Positions 39,566-49,995 of a DNA stretch of 64,000 nucleotides are shown one piece after another (positions within the stretch are counted from its first letter, which is position 1; the number at the start of each line of letters is the position of its first letter). Position numbers and translations under genes: made by a program. The DNA comes from Candidatus Hodarchaeota archaeon (GTDB lineage: Archaea > Asgardarchaeota > Lokiarchaeia > Sigyniarchaeales > SOKP01), in the NCBI GenBank assembly GCA_048887165.1, contig JBHLJZ010000008.1, positions 2,340-66,339 of the forward strand, written 5' to 3'. The notes beneath the pieces are model-generated. The model saw nothing but the letters and a program-made list of their open reading frames with translations, ran no database searches and had not been told where the DNA came from.

Positions 39566-40690
39566 GTGAGAATAGATTTGAATCAAAATCAAGAAAGTGA
39601 AAATAACAAGGTATTAGGTGAATTTACTCAAAAAGAAATATTTGATATACCAAATGCTTTAAAGAGAGTTACAAGGCAAAAAGAATTAGTTAATAAAATA
39701 GCAAGAGAGCTCGTAAGAAGAGAAACAAAACATATTTTTCTAATTGGAGCAGGGAGTTCTTATCATGCTGGATTCGCTATGTCTTATATGTTTAATAAAC
39801 TGACAAATATTCCCACATTCACAGAATTCTCAATGGAATTTCAATTCTTAGTAAAACCTATACTTAATAAAAAGGATTGCGTCATTGGGTTGTCTCAAAG
39901 CGGAGAAACTAAAGATACTATTGAATCTACTAAAATTGCTAATGATATTGGTTGTATGACGATAGGAGTCACAAATAATTTGCATTCTGAATTAGCAATA
40001 ATTTGTGATTTCAATATAAGTCTGGAATGTGAAGAAGAAAAGTCTGTATTAGCTACAAAAACTTATGTATCAGAATTAGCTATATTAGCTATGCTTTCTC
40101 TTGAGATTGGAAGAGAAAATAAATCAATATCAAATGAAGATTATAATAGGATCTGGGTTGAGTTGATAAGGATCCCTGACCGAATTTATTCGGTATTACC
40201 AATATTACATGAAAGAATTAAGGAATATTCACAGTATTTTAAATTTGCTAAATTCTGTTTTATTCTTGGAAGTGGTCCTGACTATGCAACAGCAATGGAA
40301 GCAGCTTTAAAATTGAAGGAAGGAGCAAGAATATATGGACAAGCTTATTCTACAGCAGAATTTCCTCATGGTCCAATTACGTTAGCAGATTCAAATACTT
40401 GTATTTTAGCAATTATACCCCATGAAAAGGATAAAAGAAAAGATAATTTATTAAATCTTTTAAAAAGGATTAAAGAAAGGAAAGCAACAATATTTGGAGT
40501 GTATGAATCGATAGAAAATGAAGAAAAACCAGAATCTATTGATTACGGAATCCAAGTTCCAAATACTCTAAATGATCTACAACCTTTAATCATGATATTA
40601 GCAATTCAACTTTTAACCTTAGAAGTATCACGAATTAATGGAATTAATTGTGATACTCCAAAGTTCTTATCAAAAGTGTCAGGAATATAG
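39566..40690 (+). CDS. SIS-domain sugar-phosphate isomerase/deaminase (GlmS isomerase-domain-only, GlmD/AgaS-like)
   Basis: Two SIS repeats (GAGSSYHAG, LSQSGETKDT; GSGPDYATAMEAALKLKE), no glutaminase domain, and a GTG start. Confidence 0.8.
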   Translation: MRIDLNQNQESENNKVLGEFTQKEIFDIPNALKRVTRQKELVNKIARELVRRETKHIFLIGAGSSYHAGFAMSYMFNKLTNIPTFTEFSMEFQFLVKPILNKKDCVIGLSQSGETKDTIESTKIANDIGCMTIGVTNNLHSELAIICDFNISLECEEEKSVLATKTYVSELAILAMLSLEIGRENKSISNEDYNRIWVELIRIPDRIYSVLPILHERIKEYSQYFKFAKFCFILGSGPDYATAMEAALKLKEGARIYGQAYSTAEFPHGPITLADSNTCILAIIPHEKDKRKDNLLNLLKRIKERKATIFGVYESIENEEKPESIDYGIQVPNTLNDLQPLIMILAIQLLTLEVSRINGINCDTPKFLSKVSGI

Positions 40691-40698
40691 ACTTAATG

Positions 40699-42123
40699 TT
40701 ATATTAAATTTAATTCTTTCATATTTTCTAATGCTAAAGAATTAATATTTTTTGTAGATTCTAGATCTACGTTAGATTCTCCAGAGATTCTAAGGTATGG
40801 ACTGGTTCCAGATCTTCGAATAAGAATCCAACCGTCTTCATAATCGAACCGACATCCATCCATTCTATTTATATTTTTGACTTTTTTTTGTAAAATATCA
40901 AAAGTATTTTTCATTTTTTCAATGATTTTTTCATTAATTTCATCTGTGAAAGGAACATCTTTTTTCAATTTAAATTTGTCAGCATAATATGGGTAATTTG
41001 GGATATCTTTAAGTAATACTTTCAAACTTTTTTCTTCATTGACTATCATCTGTAATATTTTTGCAATTGTTACTATAGAATCAGGTCCATAGTGTACATC
41101 TGGCCAAATATATGTTCCTGAAGTTTCGCCCCCCAAAAAACCTCCAAGTTCTTTTAAAGCAATAGCAACTTTAATATCTCCTACTTCAGTTCTTATAACT
41201 TCACAACCTAGCGGATTCAACACATCCTCAATTAAGCTAGAAGAATTAATAGGGGTAACTACTTTCAAATTATCTTTAGGAATTTTATCCTTGGACTTTT
41301 GAATAAAATATTTTGCCATTAGAGCAAGCAATCTAATGGGATCAATTATCTCGCCATCTTCGTCTAAAAAAATAACTCTATCGGCATCTCCATCAAGAGC
41401 TATACCGATATCTTCTTGAGAAGAAGTTTTTAAAAAATTAGATATTTGGATTAAATTTTCTTTACTTGGTTCAGAAAGACGGCCGGGAAATCTTCCATCC
41501 ATTTGAGCATTAATAGATACAATATTGATATTATATTTACTTAACAATTTTGGAACAATTTCACATCCAGAACCATTTCCAGGGTCTACGATCACGTTTA
41601 ATTTACTTCCATCAAAATTAATATGCTCCGTTATAACTCTTATATGAATATCGTTGATATCATTGATATGAGTAACTTTACCAATTTGATGCCACTCTAT
41701 TTGAGCAAAAGATTTTTCATTATAGATTCTTTCAATCTCTTCTTCCTGATTTGGTGAAAATCCTACTCCAGATGTATTCCATAATTTTAGTCCAATATAT
41801 TCTGGAGTATTGTGACTTGCAGTTATCATTACAGATGCATCAGCATTTAGATGCTTTGATGACATTGCTAATGTTGGTGTTGTTACTATTCCGAGAGTTT
41901 TTATAGTGCAACCAGTACTAACCAAGCCTGATATCAGAGCATACTCAATGGGTAATGCAGAAGTTCGAATATCTTTTCCTATTACTACCGATCCTCCATT
42001 TAAGTAAGTGCCTAACGCTAATCCTACTTCTAAAGCCATTTGAGGAGTAAACATGATGTCTGATTCAGAATAATTCTGAAAAATCCGTCTAATTCCTGAA
42101 GTACCAAAAATATTAATTGTCAT
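40699..42123 (-). CDS. phosphohexomutase (phosphoglucosamine/phosphomannomutase family)
   Basis: Active-site loop TASHNTPEYIG, metal loop DGDADR, and the sugar and phosphate loops (GGETSG, RRSGTSPYLR). Confidence 0.9.
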   Translation of the reverse strand: MTINIFGTSGIRRIFQNYSESDIMFTPQMALEVGLALGTYLNGGSVVIGKDIRTSALPIEYALISGLVSTGCTIKTLGIVTTPTLAMSSKHLNADASVMITASHNTPEYIGLKLWNTSGVGFSPNQEEEIERIYNEKSFAQIEWHQIGKVTHINDINDIHIRVITEHINFDGSKLNVIVDPGNGSGCEIVPKLLSKYNINIVSINAQMDGRFPGRLSEPSKENLIQISNFLKTSSQEDIGIALDGDADRVIFLDEDGEIIDPIRLLALMAKYFIQKSKDKIPKDNLKVVTPINSSSLIEDVLNPLGCEVIRTEVGDIKVAIALKELGGFLGGETSGTYIWPDVHYGPDSIVTIAKILQMIVNEEKSLKVLLKDIPNYPYYADKFKLKKDVPFTDEINEKIIEKMKNTFDILQKKVKNINRMDGCRFDYEDGWILIRRSGTSPYLRISGESNVDLESTKNINSLALENMKELNLI

Positions 42124-42425
42124 TTTAATACTACTAAAATAAGTTAATAGAAAAAATCTTTTAATTGCTGATGTAGAATAAAATTATTCATCCATATTAA
42201 ATTTATTTTAGCTTTAATTGTAAATTGCGGCTATATATATATTTTATAATCAAAATTAAAGTAATTGATTTTTCATAAAAATGCAAAAAGCATTAACTAA
42301 AATATTTCCTAGTTTTTATTGAGGCTTTTTTTTTAGAAGGGTAAAATATTAATTTTTTCGGTCTTTTTCTATACTATAAGTAGTAGTTTAAAATCTATTA
42401 AAATAAAGCTTAATATTGAATTTTA

Positions 42426-43904
42426 ATGATTCTTCAAGGTCTTTTCAACATCTTAAGTTTATATCTTAATGAAATTGATTTATTTTATAATACTATTGAC
42501 CAATACTTCAGAGATAAAATCACAACCCAATTTAATAGTATAAGTATAAATGAAGAGAATTTAAGTAATAATCTAAATAAATTACTTGAGTTTTGTAGTA
42601 ATGAGTTAATACTGATCGGATTTGATAAAGAAGAAATCAGTAACAAACTTTTAGATCCCTTTCTCGAATTGAGTAAGGAGGATAAATTAAGAATCACTTC
42701 CGTCATTGAATTATATAACAAAAAAGTAATTCCTTTAGTTTATGAGATTTTTTTAGAGAAATTAGTAGATTATTTGGTTGATGTCAAAGTAGCACCTTTA
42801 ATGTTAGAGTTAAAATCAAAAGGATTCCTGAATTTAGAATTTATTATTGAGTTAAGAACTTTTAAATCTTTACTTGATAATAATCCAGAAAAGAAAGAGA
42901 ATCTCAAAAAATACGTTCAAATAAGGGAAAATATAATTAAAAAATTTTGTGAAAATAAGGATAAAATAGAAAGTTTAGAAGATTTAAAAGATCCAAAGGA
43001 TAAATTACAACTTTTATATTTAATACATCGAACTATTAAATTCTTAAATTTTGAGATAATTTTTGATTTTTCTCATATTAAAGATTACTTAGCTAATAAC
43101 TTAGATGAGTGGTTATTTACTATCCCTCTAGTAACCCTGAAAAACCCTGATCTTTATTATTGTGGACTATATCTGGCTAAACATTTAAACGTAGAACTAG
43201 ACAAGAAAAAAATTTTAAATTTTTTGTTAAATCTTTTTGAGGAGGGGACTGATGAATTTGAAGCGCCTCTTATCGAAGCAACAGATGGATTATACTACTA
43301 TCTAAAATCTACAGAATTGGTTAAATTATGGTTAAAAGATGTTCAAGTGCATAGATTGATTGATACAGAATCAAAATTTTTTGAATCTTCCTATTTAAAA
43401 AATTTAGAAACGTCTCAATTGGTTGTGATATTAAAAATATTTAACCTTCTTAAAGTTAAAAAAGACGAGAATAAAATTAATGCCATAATTGATGAATTAG
43501 AATACAGAATAACTCCTGAAGGAATAAAACAGTATCGAGATGGATTCATCTCTTCAGAAGCTACGTATTACATATTATTTGCGAATTATATGAGAAATAG
43601 TTTGGATAAATTAAAAGATCATAATTTATTAGATGGAATTGTTTCTCGTATATATCGCAATATAGAAATTCTTGATTTTTCAGCAGATATGAACTATGAT
43701 TTACTTTCCGAGATATTTTATTCATTTGAGAGTTTAAAGTTATTCAATTGTATAGAAACAAAACAAATGATTATTCATCTCGCTAAATACTTATTTCCTC
43801 CAGAAGTTGTAGATAAAATTACACAGGGAAAAGAGATAGTAGAATCAAAAGCTAGATTTCGACACTTAAAAGTGAACAAGATTACGGGAGAAACAATATA
43901 TTAA
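42426..43904 (+). CDS. hypothetical all-helical protein (492 aa)
   Basis: Long ORF. The C-terminal half shows recurring aromatic-rich helices about 45-50 aa apart. No catalytic motif recognised. Confidence 0.5.
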   Translation: MILQGLFNILSLYLNEIDLFYNTIDQYFRDKITTQFNSISINEENLSNNLNKLLEFCSNELILIGFDKEEISNKLLDPFLELSKEDKLRITSVIELYNKKVIPLVYEIFLEKLVDYLVDVKVAPLMLELKSKGFLNLEFIIELRTFKSLLDNNPEKKENLKKYVQIRENIIKKFCENKDKIESLEDLKDPKDKLQLLYLIHRTIKFLNFEIIFDFSHIKDYLANNLDEWLFTIPLVTLKNPDLYYCGLYLAKHLNVELDKKKILNFLLNLFEEGTDEFEAPLIEATDGLYYYLKSTELVKLWLKDVQVHRLIDTESKFFESSYLKNLETSQLVVILKIFNLLKVKKDENKINAIIDELEYRITPEGIKQYRDGFISSEATYYILFANYMRNSLDKLKDHNLLDGIVSRIYRNIEILDFSADMNYDLLSEIFYSFESLKLFNCIETKQMIIHLAKYLFPPEVVDKITQGKEIVESKARFRHLKVNKITGETIY

Positions 43905-44117
43905 ATCTTTTTTTTAAATAATAAATTTTAATTTTGTTCACGTCATTTTACTTATTTATTCTTTAAAATATTCTATTTATTGCTTATAAAGATGCGATTT
44001 ATCGTAATTAGTTAAGAATTCAAATCTAAATTTAAAGAATTTCATTTTTAATTTAAAAAGTAGTAATTTTAAATTGAATAATTTCATTTTACTTAGATAA
44101 TATAGTAAATTAGGTAA

Positions 44118-45605
44118 TTGATATTTATGGATTTGAAAGATTTTGAATTAATATATAAGGAAAATCATATAAAGATTAAAGATAAAGATAAAATTAAATC
44201 TAAATTGCGGAATATATTAGGAGAGTCTAATTTTTCAGACAAATCGATTGATTTACTAGCTTATTCGAAAGATGGGACTATTATAGGGCATAATTGGACA
44301 TTAGAGGGAAAGATTGCTGGACTACCCGATTATATTGTTTGGCCTGAAACTAAAGAGCAAATATGCCAAATTCTGAAAATGGTAAATCAAGAGAAAATTC
44401 CTGTCATTCCATATGGAGAAGGATCAGGTGTTGTTGGTGGAGCAATTCCAGTTCGAGGCGGCATTATTATAGACATGAAAAAATTTAACAAAATACTTAA
44501 CATTAATGAAAAAGATTTGACAGTAACTGTAGAAGCAGGAATTAATGGGATGAATTTAGAACGAATATTAAATGCCAATGGTTATACCTTAGGACACACA
44601 CCCCAATCATCATATTTTTCTTCAGTCGGAGGGTGGATAGCTCATAAAGCTGCTGGGCAATTCTCAACCAAATATGGAAAAATCGAAGATATTGTCCTTG
44701 GAATGGAAATAATAATACCAAAAGGGGAAGTTATAAAATTTAAACCCATCGTAAGGAATGCTACTGGTCCTCAATTAAATAAACTATTTATAGGTAATGA
44801 AGGAACATTAGGTATTGTAACAAAAGCTACATTAAGAATCTGGCCTTATCCAGAAGATAGGGCTCTTATATCTTACGCCTTTTCCACCTTTGAAGATGCA
44901 TTAGAAGCAGTAAGACTAATCCTACGAGAACAACTATATCCTGCTGTAATTAGAATTTATGATAAAGATGAAACTAGACGGCATTTTCCCCATATTGAAA
45001 ATGCTAATGAAAAGGTTATGGTTATTTTCGTATGTGAAGGCAATAAAGAATTAGTTCAGTTGGAAGAAAGTATCACTAGACGAGAATGTGTAAAAATTGG
45101 AGGGATAAATTGTGGAGAAGAACCAGTTGAGCATTGGTTTGAGACCCGATTTAATGTTACAGAAACAAGTTCAAGTCCACAATATAATATAACGGTTGAT
45201 ACCATTGAAATAGCAGTATCTTGGGAAAATGCTGCTAATATATACCATAATGTGTTAGACAAAGTAAAAGCTATAAAAGGAATCATCTTATTTACTGCTC
45301 ATGTTTCACACTTTTATCCAAATGGTGTAGGAATGTACTTTTCATTTGGTGGAGTTGCAATGGAAGAAACCTCTAATTTTGAATTCTATCAAAAAGTTTG
45401 GAATACAACAATAAAAGCAGTATTAGAATTAGGAGGTTCTATTGCCCACCACCATGGTATTGGCATCAATCGATCAAATTGGATGGACTACGAATGGGGA
45501 AAGGGTATGGAATTATTAAGAGATATTAAGAAAATCCTTGATCCTAACTACATTTTTAATCCAGGTAAGATATTTGAAAGCATTTGGAAAGGAGGGAAAA
45601 ATTAA
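44118..45605 (+). CDS. FAD-linked oxidase (GlcD / D-lactate dehydrogenase / alkyl-DHAP-synthase-like)
   Basis: PCMH-type FAD-binding domain (PVIPYGEGSGVVGGAIP, GNEGTLGIVT) and a C-terminal HHHGIG motif. The start may be the ATG at 44127. Confidence 0.85.
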   Translation: MIFMDLKDFELIYKENHIKIKDKDKIKSKLRNILGESNFSDKSIDLLAYSKDGTIIGHNWTLEGKIAGLPDYIVWPETKEQICQILKMVNQEKIPVIPYGEGSGVVGGAIPVRGGIIIDMKKFNKILNINEKDLTVTVEAGINGMNLERILNANGYTLGHTPQSSYFSSVGGWIAHKAAGQFSTKYGKIEDIVLGMEIIIPKGEVIKFKPIVRNATGPQLNKLFIGNEGTLGIVTKATLRIWPYPEDRALISYAFSTFEDALEAVRLILREQLYPAVIRIYDKDETRRHFPHIENANEKVMVIFVCEGNKELVQLEESITRRECVKIGGINCGEEPVEHWFETRFNVTETSSSPQYNITVDTIEIAVSWENAANIYHNVLDKVKAIKGIILFTAHVSHFYPNGVGMYFSFGGVAMEETSNFEFYQKVWNTTIKAVLELGGSIAHHHGIGINRSNWMDYEWGKGMELLRDIKKILDPNYIFNPGKIFESIWKGGKN

Positions 45606-46874
45606 TTGCAGGAATTTTTAGATAAATACAAATGGTTTTTGGAAGATTTAAATAAAGTAGAGAAGGATGTAAAAAGAAAGGTATTTAATGGCTTTCGCCT
45701 TGTAAAAAAAGATTTTTATCCAGAAGGAGAATATAAAGCTGACGTAAAGAATCTAATTAATTGCGCACTCTGCCCTAATTTATGCCGTTTTGACTGCGGG
45801 ACCCTTCAAGCGTCGAAAAAAGAATCAATGAGTCCTTCCTATAAATCAAAAATAGGATATTATCTGACAATTGGAAAAATTGATCCTACAAAAGAGGAAA
45901 ATAAAGAGTTTATTGATCTTATTTATAAGTGTTCTAATGAAGAAAATTGTAAAATATGGTGCCCTTTTGAATTTTCAGTCGTTTCATTGCTTGAAACAGT
46001 AAGAGATGATCTGAATGATAAAGGATTAATGCCAGATTATTGCAAGGAACAAATTAGAAAATTAGAAAAATCGAATACTATAGAAGATTATAATATTTAT
46101 GAAACTTATAAAGAGAATGGAATTGAAAACATTGAAACTGATGGCAATGATGAAGTTTATTACTATATTGGATGCGAAATGATGAAGTTTCCGAATGTAG
46201 TAAAAGCTAATATTGAAATTTTGAAGAAAGCGGGAGTCAAGTTTTCAACCAACTTAGAACAGAAAGTTTGTTGTGGTGGACCTGCTTTCAATATAAGAGA
46301 GCTTAGTACAGGGAAAAAGTTCGCTGAAAAAAATAAAGAATTAATTAAAAAAACCGGTGCAGACCTAGTTGTTTCTGATTGTCCTGGTTGTGTCTTAACA
46401 TTAACTAATAGATATGAAAAAGCAGGAATTAAGATAAATACTAAAATCATACATATCGTTGAATATATAAAAGAACTTATTGAAAATGGAAAAATTAAGC
46501 CAGAAAAAAAAGTTCCCGAAGATTTTCAATCAATAACTATCCACGACCCTTGTTTAGTTGCTAGAAATTTAAATGATACAACATCAATTAGAAAAATTCT
46601 CAATAAAATACCGGGATTGGTAATCAATGAACCTATTTATAACAAAGAAAATGTCCATTGTTGTGGCTGGAGCGGAACGGCTCACTGGGCAGACAAAAAT
46701 CTAGCCATTAAGGAAGCAAAAAGCAGAGTCTCGGAATTAAAAGAAACTAATGCATCCGTTTTTGTTTCAGCATGCCCTCTTTGTGAATTAGGATTAGGAT
46801 ATGGATTAGATGAAAATGAAAAAGACTATTATAAAATACTAGATATATCTGAATTATTAATTAAAAGTCTTTAG
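45606..46874 (+). CDS. Fe-S oxidoreductase with CCG domains (GlcF / HdrD-like)
   Basis: Ferredoxin-like CALCPNLCRFDC, plus two CCG-type Cys-rich segments (CCGG...CPGC; CCGWSG...CPLC). The TTG start directly abuts the upstream stop. Confidence 0.75.
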   Translation: MQEFLDKYKWFLEDLNKVEKDVKRKVFNGFRLVKKDFYPEGEYKADVKNLINCALCPNLCRFDCGTLQASKKESMSPSYKSKIGYYLTIGKIDPTKEENKEFIDLIYKCSNEENCKIWCPFEFSVVSLLETVRDDLNDKGLMPDYCKEQIRKLEKSNTIEDYNIYETYKENGIENIETDGNDEVYYYIGCEMMKFPNVVKANIEILKKAGVKFSTNLEQKVCCGGPAFNIRELSTGKKFAEKNKELIKKTGADLVVSDCPGCVLTLTNRYEKAGIKINTKIIHIVEYIKELIENGKIKPEKKVPEDFQSITIHDPCLVARNLNDTTSIRKILNKIPGLVINEPIYNKENVHCCGWSGTAHWADKNLAIKEAKSRVSELKETNASVFVSACPLCELGLGYGLDENEKDYYKILDISELLIKSL

Positions 46875-46882
46875 ATAGTGAT

Positions 46883-48349
46883 TTGATGAGTGATCTGATA
46901 TGCATATTTGATGTTGGAACAACTGGAGCAAGAACTGTAATCTTTGATATTAATGGGAGAGAAATAGTAAAAGCTTATGAGGAGTATCAAATACCTAGAC
47001 AACCAGTGGGGATTTCAGAGCAAGATCCTCAGATTTGGTGGGCAGCGATAAGAAATACCTGCAATAAAGTAGTAAAAAGTGGAAAATTCAAGCCAGAAGA
47101 GATAATTGGAATCTCAGCAGCATTTGCTAGAGGTACTGTTACATTATTGGACAATAACAATGAAATTCTGCATCCTGCACTCACTTGGATGGATGAACGT
47201 GAATTAACTGATGCTAGGGGATTCAAAGAGGAATTAATTTGGAGAAATTCAATTCCTAAATTGCTATGGTTAAAAGCTAATAAACCTGAATTGTTTAATA
47301 AAGCTTCTAAAATTGTATGGCCAGATTCTTTTTTATATTTGAAATTATGTGATAAATTTGTTAGCGATCCCACTAATGGGATTAATGGTATTCTCCATCT
47401 TCAAACTTTGCGATGGGATGAAAGTCTTGCTGAAGCTTATGAATTACCTTTATCTCTATGGCCTGAGTTGCATATGCCTGGTGAAATTATTGGTGAGTTA
47501 TCGTCTACTGCTGCGTCAATGCTTGGGTTAAAACCAAATACACCAATAATTTTGGGTGGTGGTGATCAACAATGTGCGGCACTAGGAATGGGCGTAATTG
47601 AAAAAGGGCAATCTAAAGTAACTACTGGAACTGGTACAATGGTTGATTATGTAATAGACGAACCTAAACGTGTACATGGAGATGTCCCTATTTTTACTTT
47701 TCCGCACTTAATCAAAGGAAAATGGTTGCTAGAGGGAGTTATGCCTGGTACAGGAACGATGTTTCAAACCTATGCGATAAACTTCTCTCAATTGTTAATA
47801 AAAGAATGTGAAGAAAAAAATCTAAATGTATATGATATGCTAGCGAAAGAGGCAGAAATAGCTCCTCCTGGTAGTAATGGGTTATTATTTATTCCTCTTT
47901 ATATATTTCGTAAAGGAACTATTCATGGATTAGGATGGCATCATAATAGAGCTCATTTTTCTCGGGCAATTATGGAAAGTGCAGCCTTATCTGCACAAAT
48001 GTACTTAAATCTGATTGAGGGATTTGGAGGAATTAGAAGTGAAGTCCTTAAATCAGATGGTGGAGCAATGAATAGTAGCTTCTGGGCACAAATATTCGCA
48101 GATGTAACTAATAAAAAAATACTCATCCCAGAAAATAAAGATGGAGCAGCAGTAGGAGCATCTATTTTAGGATTTTATGGATGTGGAAAATTCAGCACTA
48201 TTTCAGATGCCATTAATAAAATAGTTAGATTTAGTGATGAAAAAGTACCAAATAAAGAGAATGTAAAAATATATAAGAAACTTAGTCGAATCTTTTTTTC
48301 TACAGTTCTAGAAACTAATGAAAAAAAGCGAGTAACCAAGGATTTATAA
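46883..48349 (+). CDS. FGGY-family carbohydrate kinase (glycerol/xylulose kinase-like)
   Basis: IFDVGTTGARTVIF (phosphate-1), GGGDQQCAALGMG and DGGAMNSSFWAQIFADV are the FGGY signatures. Confidence 0.85.
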   Translation: MMSDLICIFDVGTTGARTVIFDINGREIVKAYEEYQIPRQPVGISEQDPQIWWAAIRNTCNKVVKSGKFKPEEIIGISAAFARGTVTLLDNNNEILHPALTWMDERELTDARGFKEELIWRNSIPKLLWLKANKPELFNKASKIVWPDSFLYLKLCDKFVSDPTNGINGILHLQTLRWDESLAEAYELPLSLWPELHMPGEIIGELSSTAASMLGLKPNTPIILGGGDQQCAALGMGVIEKGQSKVTTGTGTMVDYVIDEPKRVHGDVPIFTFPHLIKGKWLLEGVMPGTGTMFQTYAINFSQLLIKECEEKNLNVYDMLAKEAEIAPPGSNGLLFIPLYIFRKGTIHGLGWHHNRAHFSRAIMESAALSAQMYLNLIEGFGGIRSEVLKSDGGAMNSSFWAQIFADVTNKKILIPENKDGAAVGASILGFYGCGKFSTISDAINKIVRFSDEKVPNKENVKIYKKLSRIFFSTVLETNEKKRVTKDL

Positions 48350-48643
48350 TAATCATTTAGTAAATTTTCATTTAAATTTTAATTTATTTTTATTTTTACA
48401 ATTTTAATCGAGTTATAAAGGATTTTTAGCATTGATAATAATATTCCCTTTACAAAAAGGTTAAATATGTTTAAATTGAATAAATGAAAATGAAAAAAAT
48501 TCAATGATTTCTACTTTTCCGATTATTAAAAGTGGAAAAATTATGGTAGATATTCAATATTTTTAAAGATTTTTTATTTTAGAAAAGTATTTTTTGTATA
48601 CTTTATTTCAAAAATTATTAGTAATTTCAAATTATATAAGAAT

Positions 48644-49486
48644 TTGTACATGCCTTTTTTCAAAAATAAAGAGGGATATAATCTCTATTACGAGGATATC
48701 AACGGCGAAAATAAAGAGCAAACAGAAGGTACTATTATTTTGTTACATGGTTTCGCATCTTCAGCCTCGTTTTTTAAAGGGCAAATTCAAGTATTAAAAG
48801 AATCTTATCGAATAATTGCTTTTGATGCATTAGGACATGGAAGAAGTGAACATCCAAAACAATTAAATCTTTCAAAAAATCTAAGATATGATATAATAAG
48901 AGATCTTGAGGATCTTCTTAATTTCTTGAATGTAAATGAAAAATTTGGAATAATAGGTCATTCTTTAGTAGGTGGAATGATTGCCCAATTAATTTGTATG
49001 AAAGATCCAGAAAAAATTAAGTTTTTAATACTCTTAAATTCTGGCTATATAATGATTGATAACGTAATTAGAAACATCTTTTATAATTTGCTTCCCTACT
49101 TTATTCGCATGAACTTTTTAGAGGTTGTTGCTAATTCTGTTGAGAATATTTTGGATAAAATTATTCCATATATATTAAATTCTTTAGCGGATTCAATTAA
49201 TGGAATGAAATTAACTAAAGATGAATTATATATGCTAATTGAGGATCAAATTTTTGGAATGATAAACGAAATAAATGAATATGATCCTTCTGGTATTCAA
49301 TGTCCAACCTTAATTATCGGGGGAAGATTAGATAATTTCGCTCCTGAACAAATGTCTGAAGAATTACATAAAATGATTCCAAATTCTAAGCTGGAAATAA
49401 TCGATATGGCGGGACATTTCGCACCAGCTCAACGAAAGAATGTAATTAATCAGTTAATATGTGATTTTATTAGAAGCCTTAAGTGA
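48644..49486 (+). CDS. alpha/beta-fold hydrolase
   Basis: The HGF oxyanion motif (ILLHGFASS), nucleophile region IIGHSLVGGMIA and C-terminal GHF fit the family. Confidence 0.75.
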   Translation: MYMPFFKNKEGYNLYYEDINGENKEQTEGTIILLHGFASSASFFKGQIQVLKESYRIIAFDALGHGRSEHPKQLNLSKNLRYDIIRDLEDLLNFLNVNEKFGIIGHSLVGGMIAQLICMKDPEKIKFLILLNSGYIMIDNVIRNIFYNLLPYFIRMNFLEVVANSVENILDKIIPYILNSLADSINGMKLTKDELYMLIEDQIFGMINEINEYDPSGIQCPTLIIGGRLDNFAPEQMSEELHKMIPNSKLEIIDMAGHFAPAQRKNVINQLICDFIRSLK

Positions 49487-49531
49487 ATATTATATTAAGA
49501 ATTTTCTAATCATATATAATGTTGTTTAATT

Positions 49532-49903
49532 ATGGTTTCTAATCGGATTGATGATAATAATACTACTATTTCTTACTTTAAAAAAGATGTAGATAAATTT
49601 GTTGAAGAACGAAGCTGGAAAAAATATCATACACCTAAGAATTTAATTCAAGCTCTAGGTATTGAGGTAGCGGAATTGTCTGAAATTTTTCTTTTTAGAG
49701 ATTATGATATAGAGAAAATTCACGAAGATAATAAACTTATGGAAAATATATCAGATGAGATTGCAGATATATTTATTTATTTGTTAAGTTTAGTTAATTG
49801 CTTAAATATTGATTTAACTAAGATATTTATAAGAAAAATGGAAAAAAATAGAAAAAAATACTCTCACAGAGAATTTAACAATGGATCCTTCTATAAGAAA
49901 TAA
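49532..49903 (+). CDS. MazG-like nucleoside triphosphate pyrophosphohydrolase (dCTPase-type)
   Basis: RSWKKYHTPKNL, the EVAELSEIF and DEIADIFIYLL acidic helices of the all-alpha NTP-PPase fold, and the 123 aa size. Confidence 0.75.
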   Translation: MVSNRIDDNNTTISYFKKDVDKFVEERSWKKYHTPKNLIQALGIEVAELSEIFLFRDYDIEKIHEDNKLMENISDEIADIFIYLLSLVNCLNIDLTKIFIRKMEKNRKKYSHREFNNGSFYKK

Positions 49904-49995
49904 CTAGTCGAATAGTATTTCATATTCTACAGTTAATAATTGCTATATAAAATATATTAATAGCTTTTTTATGAGAAATTTCCTTTATAATTATC

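Noticed and set aside
48594-48797. A 67-aa ORF overlapping the start of the alpha/beta hydrolase gene.
   Set aside because: It is out of frame with the 280-aa hydrolase ORF, which carries the recognisable motifs, so it is most likely spurious.
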